Shown here in pieces: positions 53,137 to 63,578 of a DNA stretch of 64,000 nucleotides (within the stretch, counting starts at the first letter, position 1; each line of letters starts with the position of its first letter). Source of the stretch: Minutocellus sp. GHC0000111 (lineage: Eukaryota); NCBI GenBank assembly GCA_977018835.1, contig OZ361256.1, forward strand, positions 4,960,001 through 5,024,000, in the 5' to 3' direction. The notes below the pieces were generated by a model. It was not told the DNA's origin and did no database searches. It saw only the letters and a list, made by a program, of their open reading frames with translations. Position numbers and translations under genes: made by a program.

Positions 53137-53885
53137 CCAGCGACGATCACGACGGGTGGAGCCGACGAGGCTCCAAGGCCAGCGACGATTACGACGGGTG
53201 GAGCCGACGAGGATCCAAGGCCAGCGACGATTGCGCCGAGGGCAGCTCCGGCAAGGCCCTCGGCGCATAGCGGTGACCCGCCGCATAGCGGCAAGCAAAA
53301 AGGCCAGCGACGATTACGACGGGTGGAGCCGACGAGGCTCCAAGGCCAGCGACGATTGCGCCGAGGGCAGCTCCGGCAAGGCCCTCGGCGCATAGCGGTA
53401 ACCCGCCGTATAGCGGCAAGCAAAAAGGCCAGCGACGATTACGACGGGTGGAGCCGACGAGGCTCCAAGGCCAGCGACGATTGCGCCGAGGGCAGCTCCG
53501 GCAAGGCCCTCGGCGCATAGCGGTAACCCGCCGCACAGCGGCAACACAAGGCCAGCGACGATTGCGACAGGGGGAGCCAGCAGTTGCTCCAAGGCCAGCG
53601 GCGATTGCTTGGAGGGCAGCCAAGGCCCTCCGAGCACAGCGGCAACCTGTCGCATAGCGGCAAGAAAACAAGGTCAGCGATGACGGTGACGGGGGGAGTT
53701 GACTTTGCTCCAAGGCCAGCGACGATTGCGCCAAGGGCAGCTCCGGCAAGGCCCTCGGCGCATAGCGGTAACCCGGTGCACTGCAGCAAGGGGTGGAGCC
53801 AGCAGTTGCTCCAAGGCCAGCGGCGATTGCTTGGAGGGCAGCGTCAGCGTCGGTAAGGCAAGGCCCTCCTTGCATAGCGGCAACC
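53137..53885. repeat. GC-rich higher-order minisatellite, copy 1 (~42-bp monomers, 125-bp higher-order unit)
   Basis: Core AAGGCCAGCGACGATT or AAGGCCCTCGGCGCATAGCGG recurs about every 41-42 bp; unit offset 53323 to 53448 is 125 bp. Confidence 0.9.
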
Positions 53886-54824
53886 TTTTGCAGAGGGGAC
53901 ACAGACATTTGGATGGGATCCGGTGAGTGCAAAAATAAATGTTTTGGTTGCTGTGCAGTTTATGTCACATCCTCACTACCTTCATTTGCATCAAGGTCCA
54001 ACTCACTTGGGACAAAAATACACAACAGGATGAACAGGTTCATCCAAGCCCGGTTCATTTCCAAAATGCAAGACAGCTGTGGGGTTGCCTGCTCGCCCAA
54101 CCGGCGTGACACCACCGGCGGGGTAGCCGCAACCCCTCAGCGGTCTCGGAGGTGGACCAGTGCCTGCCCCGCAAGTGAGATCGCAGAAGAAAACAAGAAC
54201 AGCTTGCGGGGCAGGGAGGTGGTGCTGAGAACTTGGATATTGGCCAAATCTGGCAATATTTCAAGATTCAACATGCATTTTGGGACGAAGCTAGCTGTTG
54301 TCAGCTCAGCTTTGGCACTCTACATGTAAATGAATGCCACCGATACCTCTTGGAGGATCGGCATTGGGGCTACGGCCAAATGGAGCTACTGGTAATTAGG
54401 ACAGCAGGTGGCTCAGGTAAATGAATGCTGTAGTAATAATGGTGTTGGGCTCTAGATAGACTAATAATGAAGGGAGGCGGCATTGGCACAGGCACGAAGA
54501 TAGAGCGGGTTATGGGAACCATAATCGTCGCTTAGCTTTGGGCCAGACCAAGGAGCTGAGAGAACCCGGAAAGTAAGGACGGCAAGTGTGTTGGTGGCCA
54601 CCAGGAGATGTGCGGCCATCGATCCCTCAGTTTGTTGTTGGTCTTGAGCTCGCAGAGCTGATAGCAGTAGATGGGAAAGTGGGAAGTAGAATAGAAAAAT
54701 GAAACAATATTCCCGTTTCGCCCCTCGAACACACGGCACCTCAGCGGCGCACCAGCAAGACTGCCGTGAACATCACTGTCGAGAGGTGCGAAAGTTCCAA
54801 TGACACAAACGCCCCGGCGGCACG

Positions 54825-55573
54825 CCAGCGACGATCACGACGGGTGGAGCCGACGAGGCTCCAAGGCCAGCGACGATTACGACGGGTGGAGCCGACGAGG
54901 ATCCAAGGCCAGCGACGATTGCGCCGAGGGCAGCTCCGGCAAGGCCCTCGGCGCATAGCGGTGACCCGCCGCATAGCGGCAAGCAAAAAGGCCAGCGACG
55001 ATTACGACGGGTGGAGCCGACGAGGCTCCAAGGCCAGCGACGATTGCGCCGAGGGCAGCTCCGGCAAGGCCCTCGGCGCATAGCGGTAACCCGCCGTATA
55101 GCGGCAAGCAAAAAGGCCAGCGACGATTACGACGGGTGGAGCCGACGAGGCTCCAAGGCCAGCGACGATTGCGCCGAGGGCAGCTCCGGCAAGGCCCTCG
55201 GCGCATAGCGGTAACCCGCCGCACAGCGGCAACACAAGGCCAGCGACGATTGCGACAGGGGGAGCCAGCAGTTGCTCCAAGGCCAGCGGCGATTGCTTGG
55301 AGGGCAGCCAAGGCCCTCCGAGCACAGCGGCAACCTGTCGCATAGCGGCAAGAAAACAAGGTCAGCGATGACGGTGACGGGGGGAGTTGACTTTGCTCCA
55401 AGGCCAGCGACGATTGCGCCAAGGGCAGCTCCGGCAAGGCCCTCGGCGCATAGCGGTAACCCGGTGCACTGCAGCAAGGGGTGGAGCCAGCAGTTGCTCC
55501 AAGGCCAGCGGCGATTGCTTGGAGGGCAGCGTCAGCGTCGGTAAGGCAAGGCCCTCCTTGCATAGCGGCAACC
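54825..55573. repeat. GC-rich higher-order minisatellite, copy 2
   Basis: Apparently identical to 53137-53885 shifted by 1688 bp. Confidence 0.9.
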
Positions 55574-56713
55574 TTTTGCAGAGGGGACACAGACATTTGG
55601 ATGGGATCCGGTGAGTGCAAAAATAAATGTTTTGGTTGCTGTGCAGTTTATGTCACATCCTCACTACCTTCATTTGCATCAAGGTCCAACTCACTTGGGA
55701 CAAAAATACACAACAGGATGAACAGGTTCATCCAAGCCCGGTTCATTTCCAAAATGCAAGACAGCTGTGGGGTTGCCTGCTCGCCCAACCGGCGTGACAC
55801 CACCGGCGGGGTAGCCGCAACCCCTCAGCGGTCTCGGAGGTGGACCAGTGCCTGCCCCGCAAGTGAGATCGCAGAAGAAAACAAGAACAGCTTGCGGGGC
55901 AGGGAGGTGGTGCTGAGAACTTGGATATTGGCCAAATCTGGCAATATTTCAAGATTCAACATGCATTTTGGGACGAAGCTAGCTGTTGTCAGCTCAGCTT
56001 TGGCACTCTACATGTAAATGAATGCCACCGATACCTCTTGGAGGATCGGCATTGGGGCTACGGCCAAATGGAGCTACTGGTAATTAGGACAGCAGGTGGC
56101 TCAGGTAAATGAATGCTGTAGTAATAATGGTGTTGGGCTCTAGATAGACTAATAATGAAGGGAGGCGGCATTGGCACAGGCACGAAGATAGAGCGGGTTA
56201 TGGGAACCATAATCGTCGCTTAGCTTTGGGCCAGACCAAGGAGCTGAGAGAACCCGGAAAGTAAGGACGGCAAGTGTGTTGGTGGCCACCAGGAGATGTG
56301 CGGCCATCGATCCCTCAGTTTGTTGTTGGTCTTGAGCTCGCAGAGCTGATAGCAGCAGATGGGAAAGTGGGAAGTAGAATAGAATAAACCCGCCCACCCA
56401 AGGTCCCGGTGCTGAGAACTTGGATATTGGCCAAATCTGGCAATATTTCAAGATTCAACATGCATTTTGGGACGAAGCTAGCTGTTGTCAGCTCAGCTTT
56501 GGCACTCTACACATAAATGAATGCCACCGACACCTCTTGGAGGATCGGCATTGGGGCTACGGCCAAATGGAGCTACTGGTAATTAGGACAGCAGGTGGCT
56601 CAGGTAAATGAATGCTGTAGTAATAATGGTGTTGGGCTCTAGATAGACTAATAATGAAGGGAGGCGGCATTGGCACAGGCACGAAGAGGTTATGGGAACC
56701 ATAACTGGCCGTG

Positions 56714-57840
56714 ATGATTGTTGAGGCTGAGTCAGTCTGTCCGCCGCCACCGCTGCCGGGCTCATTCTTGCATTGCGTCGCGTTGCCTGCTTGGCTGACT
56801 GCTTGCTGGCCTTCGGAGAACGCCTGGGGAACGTTACTTATCGCCGGCGGCTGCTTTCAATGTCATTATAAGCGCAGCATTTTGGTGGGCAGCACATCGC
56901 TAATTCTTGCGCTCCTGGTGCCCTTGTTGTTTCGATGCCTGCGACCTTCTACTTTTCCTGGTCACCAACAAAATGGTAGCAGCAGCGCCAGCGCTTCAAA
57001 TGCTGGTGTACAAGCAGACGTAGACTTTATACCAATTCAATCCAATGCAACAGAAGCAGGTATTGAAATGAGAGTTTTGCCAGGGATGGGAGGATCGACT
57101 CCTACGCATGGTCGGTGGGACGGATACACTGCTATTATCACCATGCCAAGTGAGATCAACACAACTCGGCATCAATCCATCTTCACAGTTCTCGAACCAA
57201 TAGGAGGATGTACATCGGATTCTGGCCATTTGAGCAAAACATCTGCTAATGCTGAAAAAAATAATTGCGATATCGCTATCAATGGCAGCCCGTTCAATAG
57301 GGGAGGTGGGTGTATCGGACAGAGCATTAGCGATGGAAGACCGGTATGTGGAGACTGTAATGTGTGGGCGGGAATTCCAAGCATTGGTCTTTCTACTAAA
57401 AAAATGCATGGGAAATTGGGACTGGCATTAATTACACCTCCGCTGAGTCAATGGGTGCAGATAATCTCCTTGTCGGCCATGTGCCAGGGTGGCTCGTACG
57501 ACAAGGCGCCGTGCAGATATCATCGAATTATTCCGACAGTACCCTTGCACCCCGGACGGCAGTCGGTGTTTCAACTGATGGGTCCAAGCTGATATTATTT
57601 GTTGTGGATGGCTGCGAGCATTGTCCGGGTTTCGTCGGAGGGGCACAGGGTTTATCGGTGCATGAGTTGGCAGTGGAAATGCAGAAGCTGGGGTCGTTTT
57701 TTGCAATCAACATCGATGGTGGAGGAAGTTCGACAATGTTTGCCAAGGGAAGGGGCGTTTTGAATTATCCTGTGAGCTTTGATTATGCCCCATTATACCA
57801 TGAAAGGTCGGTATCTACTGTGCTTTGTATTCGACTGTGA
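56714..57840 (+). CDS. NAGPA / phosphodiester glycosidase family protein (apparent frameshift at A7 57398-57404)
   Basis: TM anchor; EPIGGC..CDIAINGSPF..CIG; second frame GWLVR..APRTAVG..LILFVVDG..GLS..ELA..AINIDGGGSSTM..ERSVSTVLC. Confidence 0.85.
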
Positions 57841-57930
57841 GGGGTGATGCAATGTGAAAAAGATACTTTAGGTTTTTGTGTTAGCCTACCTGCTATTATG
57901 GAAAGACCTCTACGGCTATTGAATTCAATG

Positions 57931-59064
57931 TTATCTTTTTGAGACCGTGCACTTTCCAACATGTTTCTGGCAGTCGAATGACTTTGTAGCAAAATCGTAT
58001 TTGCAATCGTTGGCAGCTGCAATGGGTTGGGACTGACACCCTTTCCTCTTCCACGTCGATTTGTTAACTTTGTCGCGCTGCTCCCAATTATTCAGTTGCC
58101 TTGACTGCGAGCCCCATTGTACATCGCTCTTGAACTTGGCAGTTTCTCGTGTGCGGACCCCGTTCCTAAAGTAGTGCGCAAGATGAAGTGGAATGGCATC
58201 GGGCGACCACCCGAATTCAGCCATCAATACCAAAGAGTTGCAGTGAGCATCCTGAAGGAAGAAGTTATCGACTGCCCACAGAGGCAGGGAGAAATCTGGG
58301 ATCATTGGTAGCAGGTGATCCATGTAAAACGCTCTATTCCAGACGAAGATGTCCGCCCCACCTGCTGTATACTCTTCCCTCTCCGAAGTGTACGCAATTT
58401 CGAACGCCGATTGACCTGACAGATCAATGTCGTCCATATTGGCTTCCACATTATAACGATTTCCGCTAATAAATCGCCACTGGCTCTCTACTCCCAACCC
58501 CTTTCCCTCAGGACAATCGGCAGCAATAAATGTGTTGGCGGCCTCGATGAAGGCAGGTGTGGGGCATATGTCGCCGTTCATCCAGCCGTATCCACTGGCA
58601 TCCGGGTGGAGAGTGGGCAATCGTCTCAGTAGTTCTGAATATTCCTTGTCCTCTTCGGGGGGAATTCGAGACACCTCCAGCCGAGCTGGCAACTCGCCCT
58701 CATCACCCGACTCTTCTTCGATGTACTTTGCAAGTTCTTCATCCGATGTATAAACCACAATATGAACATCGGACACCTTGGCGACTTCTGCAATGCACTG
58801 CAAATGATATTTCCCATATTTGACGCGATTCGGATGTTGGTCGGTGATACCTCGAGGCATGGTAGACAAAACTAGACGGCCGGCTGTGTCAAATCCTTGG
58901 CTCGCCAGGTCACTATTGGTAGATATTGCTGATGTGGTAGTATTGGCAGCACCATCTTTGCCATCCAGATCGAGGCGACGAGAAGTTTCATCACTTTGAT
59001 GCCCAGAAAAGAGAAGGAAGCCGCCGGCTGCAAAGAGCGAGGCTTGTATCAGTGCGTTGCGCAT
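57931..59064 (-). CDS. Type II membrane protein, possible glycosyltransferase-like
   Basis: N-terminal anchor plus RRL and stem; WMNGDI, GADIFVW, FSLPLWAVDNF and HLAH motifs suggest a GT-A-like fold (weak inference). Confidence 0.65.
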   Translation of the reverse strand: MRNALIQASLFAAGGFLLFSGHQSDETSRRLDLDGKDGAANTTTSAISTNSDLASQGFDTAGRLVLSTMPRGITDQHPNRVKYGKYHLQCIAEVAKVSDVHIVVYTSDEELAKYIEEESGDEGELPARLEVSRIPPEEDKEYSELLRRLPTLHPDASGYGWMNGDICPTPAFIEAANTFIAADCPEGKGLGVESQWRFISGNRYNVEANMDDIDLSGQSAFEIAYTSEREEYTAGGADIFVWNRAFYMDHLLPMIPDFSLPLWAVDNFFLQDAHCNSLVLMAEFGWSPDAIPLHLAHYFRNGVRTRETAKFKSDVQWGSQSRQLNNWEQRDKVNKSTWKRKGCQSQPIAAANDCKYDFATKSFDCQKHVGKCTVSKR

Positions 59065-59284
59065 GGTTGGAAGTTTACTTATAAGCTCGGCAAGGGGTGA
59101 GACGCACGAAGTCCTGCCCGCGAGGTCGACGATGGGGGCTATTCATCAAGAATGACCCCAGAGGGTTCGCACGAAGGCGCGGTTAACGGTTCGTCCGTCC
59201 TCCGTCAGTTCGGCGACTCAGCTCCTGACCTCGCCAGACGAGATCGAGAGGCAGCCCGAAGAACCGAAGAACGCTCCTATCCTA

Positions 59285-62200
59285 ATGTCGTCTTTACGCC
59301 CTCTCACGGGTCATGATGTTGATTGCTTTACGATGACGCCGTTGCTGATAATCGTCGCTATTTTGACGACGCAAGTCTTCGCCTTTACGACGGATGCGGA
59401 ATTTCGTTCGAGGCGACCGAAAGCATTGTTTCCAATTCATGCTTCTGCTTCGGCAGATTATTATGGTGATGGCCAACTCTCTGGAAGTCTCATCAAGAGT
59501 AGATCAGACAGCAAATCAGGGCCTAATGATTCCTTCTCGCCACGGCTCATAGAGTCCCTAGATCTGGAACCACTCTTTCAAGGGGTTGCCCGCCATGCTG
59601 CAACCAAGAGGGGCAAGGATGCTTTGTTGCGCCTGGTCAACCGAGCATCTCCCTCCTCCTCGTCAGCATCTCCTGGAGGGGCAATATCACGGCGAGAAGC
59701 AGCCTTGGCGGCAACCAATTCCTACCAAAGAAGTCCCCTTGAAACACCCTCTGATCCGATACCTGATCCGATTGCTATTCTCAGCATTGCGCAGTCAGCC
59801 GCAGAAGCCTCGGACGAGTATGAGCTGATACGGCAAGCGACTGCCGCCCTTGGATCGACGAGACCATCAGCACCGTCATTACCAGGCGGCAGTACTAGTA
59901 TGGGTGAAGTAACTCTGACTTTGCCCCCGATATACGGTGGAGATACGTCTCCGTTTGATACAACTTCGCCAGTAACAAGTGATGATGACGAATGGCTGCC
60001 TCTTGCACTCGAAGGGTTTGCTGGGTCACTGGATAAAGAAGCCATATTAAAAGCCGACAAGGTAGTCGAGAGATTGCTTCAAGTGTATGAGTGGGCGACT
60101 TCGAGTGCAACTGTTGCGGCAGCTCCAGGGATATCAGCAATCGGAGAAACAATATGCGCTAACCAATTACAAATGCTCCACGACGACACAGGAGGCAGTG
60201 TGGAAATTGTGCGAAAGCGAACAATATCGGATCCCTCTGGAACTAAATCGTTTGTGTTTCGATTCAATGGGAACAAATTTGCCACCCTTACGCTTCTTCG
60301 GGAGAAGGAAGACAACTTGCTTGTTGATCTTGATTCGTCGATGCAGCAACTACTTAAAACCAGATCATTTGCATCGAAAATTGAGAGTGCTCCTGGCGAA
60401 AGAAGAAAGCGGTCCGAAGCTTTTGATCTAGATGGGAGGTTAGTAGTGTCAGCGCCGAAGCGCCTTGCTGCCGATATGGGAGTGATACGAGGATACTCCA
60501 AAAACGGTGGCATGTGCTATGTAGAGCCGAAAAGTATTGTTGGTAAAGGAGACGAATTATCTGAGATTAGAGAAGAAATTGCAGCAGTAGAGACCCAAAT
60601 AATGCAGCACCAAATTGCCTCAATTGCTCGAGTGTCTCCTTTTATTGAGCGGGCACTGGATGCAATGGCTCGCATCGATGTGATATTTGCCAGGGCCGCA
60701 TTTGGTTTGACCCTCAACGGCATCATTCCAGCCGTTGGTTGTAATGGAATCGTCGACATTCAAAGTTTCGTCCATCCAGTATTGGCATTGAGTGAAAAGT
60801 CACCGGTAGTACCAATTGATTTGATTTTGGATTCTGATTCCAGGTCGCTCATCATATTTGGTCCAAATGGTGGTGGAAAAACTCTCACGCTAAAGAGTTT
60901 TGGCGTTGCATCCACTTTGACCAAGGTTGCTGTGCCCATTCCAACAAATCTTTCATCAAAGACAATATGTGAGCATGAATCAGCGAGAGTCGATTTCTTC
61001 CAAGATGTACTGGTTGAAGTAGGTGATCAACAGAGCGTAGAAGGCGGTGAGTCCACACTGATGGCTAGACTAAATCATATGTCTTCTGTGATCCAGCGAG
61101 TATCGAGAGGGACAAGCACACATCCCTTGATATTACTGGATGAGCTTGGCGGAGGCACGGATCCAGATGCTGGATCAGCCATTGCTCGTGCTGTACTTGA
61201 AAAAATGATGGAGTGCTCTACAGCTCGCATTGTCGCCACAACACATTCGCCTCAGCTCAAGGCGCTTTCCATTGAAGATGATCGGTTTCAGTGCGCATCT
61301 GTCCTCTTGGAGAGGAGTGTTGCGCAAGATAGCAAGGGAGGCTTCAAACGTCCAACCTTTCGCCTTCAATATGGCATAATCGGGGACTCGTATGCTCTTG
61401 GTGCTGCGAGCAGATGCGAGCCGGCTCTACCTGACGATGTGATATCTAGAGCTGCCGAGCTCATGGCCGGGAACGACGGAGAAAATGGAGATCTATTGCG
61501 AGCAATGACTTTGTCGTTAGAGCGAGAACAAGAAGCAACTGAAGCGGCAAAGTTGATGGCCCAACAGCTTGCAGACGAAACTCTCCAATGTCGCAGGGCT
61601 ACGGTTGCTCTCGCGCAAGCTTATGTAGAACAATTCACGAGACTTGAAAATCGGCTTGAAGAAATTTATCGGGAACTCAAGGATGATTCAACAAGATCTG
61701 CATTTGACATTGTGGGTGACAGTTTGAGTGAGATCCGCCATGTGAAAAGGAAGATTATGTCACAGAAAGAGCTTCTAGCTCAGCGTGGCTTGAAGATGAT
61801 TTCGACTGACTATCAATTTTCAGAGGGTGAGAGTGTAGTCATCGTACAAGAGGGTGTGTGGGATGGCGAAAGCGCTCGTGTTACTATGAAAGATGATTTG
61901 GATGCAAACCAGGTCGCGGTGATTCCAAGTCTTGATGACTGGGGTTGGGCGTCGGGAGGCAGTGGCAACGAATCTGCGAGTAACAACATTCAAAACGGGC
62001 AAGTTCTCATCCTCAAGAGATCAGAAGTTGCGTTATGGGACTATCCCGACGTGGACGATCCTTGGGGTTACATGGATGATGTAGGCATGCCGAGTACCAA
62101 AAGTGTGACGGAGTCGAAGTCAAATTTACTCGACACGCTGTCGAAATTGTCAACTCCTCAGACTGGAGAAAAGGCCTCGTCGCTATCGACGGAAAAGAAT

Positions 62201-62341
62201 GGGTCTAATAACTCGGCAAAATTCACATCCTCTCGAGAACGAAAGGCGGCGAGTGCCGCTGCCAAGAAGGAGAAGCAACGTGCGAAGAAGAAAGGGAAAA
62301 AGAAGCCCAAGATGTATCTGGCAAATAAGCCTAAATCGTAG
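59285..62341 (+). CDS. mutS2: MutS2-like ATPase, likely plastid-targeted, no Smr domain
   Basis: YVEP; DVIFARA; HPVL..VVPID; Walker A GPNGGGKT; VGDQQS..STL; LLDELGGGTDP; ATTH; GIIGDSYAL; coiled coil; KOW-like segment. Signal MTPLLIIVAILTTQVFA|F at 59333. Confidence 0.9.
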   Translation: MSSLRPLTGHDVDCFTMTPLLIIVAILTTQVFAFTTDAEFRSRRPKALFPIHASASADYYGDGQLSGSLIKSRSDSKSGPNDSFSPRLIESLDLEPLFQGVARHAATKRGKDALLRLVNRASPSSSSASPGGAISRREAALAATNSYQRSPLETPSDPIPDPIAILSIAQSAAEASDEYELIRQATAALGSTRPSAPSLPGGSTSMGEVTLTLPPIYGGDTSPFDTTSPVTSDDDEWLPLALEGFAGSLDKEAILKADKVVERLLQVYEWATSSATVAAAPGISAIGETICANQLQMLHDDTGGSVEIVRKRTISDPSGTKSFVFRFNGNKFATLTLLREKEDNLLVDLDSSMQQLLKTRSFASKIESAPGERRKRSEAFDLDGRLVVSAPKRLAADMGVIRGYSKNGGMCYVEPKSIVGKGDELSEIREEIAAVETQIMQHQIASIARVSPFIERALDAMARIDVIFARAAFGLTLNGIIPAVGCNGIVDIQSFVHPVLALSEKSPVVPIDLILDSDSRSLIIFGPNGGGKTLTLKSFGVASTLTKVAVPIPTNLSSKTICEHESARVDFFQDVLVEVGDQQSVEGGESTLMARLNHMSSVIQRVSRGTSTHPLILLDELGGGTDPDAGSAIARAVLEKMMECSTARIVATTHSPQLKALSIEDDRFQCASVLLERSVAQDSKGGFKRPTFRLQYGIIGDSYALGAASRCEPALPDDVISRAAELMAGNDGENGDLLRAMTLSLEREQEATEAAKLMAQQLADETLQCRRATVALAQAYVEQFTRLENRLEEIYRELKDDSTRSAFDIVGDSLSEIRHVKRKIMSQKELLAQRGLKMISTDYQFSEGESVVIVQEGVWDGESARVTMKDDLDANQVAVIPSLDDWGWASGGSGNESASNNIQNGQVLILKRSEVALWDYPDVDDPWGYMDDVGMPSTKSVTESKSNLLDTLSKLSTPQTGEKASSLSTEKNGSNNSAKFTSSRERKAASAAAKKEKQRAKKKGKKKPKMYLANKPKS

Positions 62342-62398
62342 CTCATGTACGACAAACATCCTTACTCAATATCATTGCATTTCTTTTCTATGCAAAAT

Positions 62399-62713
62399 TT
62401 ATAAGGCAAAAGTATTTACAACACTTCCAAGTCCAGAACCGAAACCAGAATCCTTTACAGCGATTGCCGTGGCTGTTGGAATCGATGTGCCTTGCGCCTC
62501 TCCCTCCTCGGCTGGGAATGTTGGTGAATTGTTCTTCTTCTTCTGAAATTCCCTTCCATTGACATGTATTGTATCCAAAGTCGTCACTGGTGGTATCGAT
62601 ACATCAAAGTGAACGCAACCTTTTGGGCAACAACCGCAGCATCCGGCACAGCATCCGCTCCACACTCCCTCAGGGCCTTCCCAATTCTGTATCGGTCCTG
62701 AGTAGACATTCAT
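62399..62713 (-). CDS. Small Cys-rich hypothetical ORF or orphan 3' exon
   Basis: EGVWSGCCAGCCGCCPKGCVHF followed by a low-complexity tail; convergent with MutS2. Confidence 0.35.
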   Translation of the reverse strand: MNVYSGPIQNWEGPEGVWSGCCAGCCGCCPKGCVHFDVSIPPVTTLDTIHVNGREFQKKKNNSPTFPAEEGEAQGTSIPTATAIAVKDSGFGSGLGSVVNTFAL

Positions 62714-62819
62714 CCGTCCTGCCAACCCCGTCTAGCTGAGTTATCGCGCGGCTATAAATTTTAGCAAAAGGACGTCGTATGCCAGTAATCTATCTGTCGA
62801 GAATTCCCACAAGTAGTTT

Positions 62820-63578
62820 CTATTTAGTATTTATTGGAACGGTTGAATACTTTCCTTTCGCTGGAATATGCACACGACCAATGCCAAAAGGCATTTCCCA
62901 GGATGTCATTGAGAATGCAGCTGATTCTATGCCATTCTTTTGCGCATATTCATAGTCAGCATAGTCGGTGATAATCTTATGACAATTGCTGCAAATTGCA
63001 ATGCATTTGGCAGCTTCTTTTGCGAACGTCGCCAAAAATCGTCGGCGGCCATATTTGCAAACAGTGGTCAGAATGGTTGATTTGCCTTCAACTAGGAGAC
63101 ATCCACTCGATGTGATGCCATCCTCACCACCAACATGGTGACCATCGATGCAATATGATCTCTTCGAGTTAAACAACTGACCACAGCACAAACACTGCTT
63201 ATGCTCAAGTTTCCATGCATCATAAAATGCATATTACTCAATCGATGCACCTGTGCACGACCGTTGGTTCAGGCCGAGTCGAATTAACAAACTCTTGCTT
63301 CCTTCTGCGACTTCATCTGCTTCGTTGTGATTCAGAATCATTGACGATATGGATTCCCTGGCTTCTCGGAGTAACTTTGCTCGATTGATGCGCTCTTGGT
63401 GGTCTTCGCCTGCTGCTGCATCATCAGATAGAGTCTCAAACTCATCAAAATTGTCAGATGCGCGGAGGTGCCAGCGTTTACGCAAGTAATCGCCGTTAGT
63501 AACGCTCTTGTGACGATGGTACGATCTGGTCAACCGCTGGATGTTGTCCCTGTTGTCCTTGAGCTGCTTGGTGTTCAT
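62820..63578 (-). pseudogene. HNH endonuclease-like gene interrupted by one in-frame TAA (63234-63236)
   Basis: ORFs 63234-63860 and 62820-63191 share a frame: ..ASIE*YAFYDAWKLEHKQCLCCGQ..IDGHH..EAAKCIAICSNCHKIIT. Confidence 0.6.

Larger units (their letters stand above)
52850..56707. mobile_element. Putative non-autonomous element present as a head-to-tail concatemer (52850-54524, 54525-56212, short copy 56213-56707)
   Basis: 1688-bp period (ORF track repeats at +1688); GCCGTGAT flanks at 52842-52849 and 56708-56715; terminal hairpin TTATGG-GAA-CCATAA; no transposase seen. The repeat is certain; mobility is inferred. Confidence 0.6.

Noticed and set aside
53137..55573. CRISPR-like array (constant AAGGCCAGCGACGATT with intervening sequence)
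   Set aside because: The intervening segments are themselves repeated and related, there are no cas genes, and the context is eukaryotic; it is a minisatellite.
52850..56707. LTR retrotransposon or TRIM
   Set aside because: No TG..CA termini, PBS/PPT or gag/pol remnants recognised; the repeats are whole head-to-tail units.
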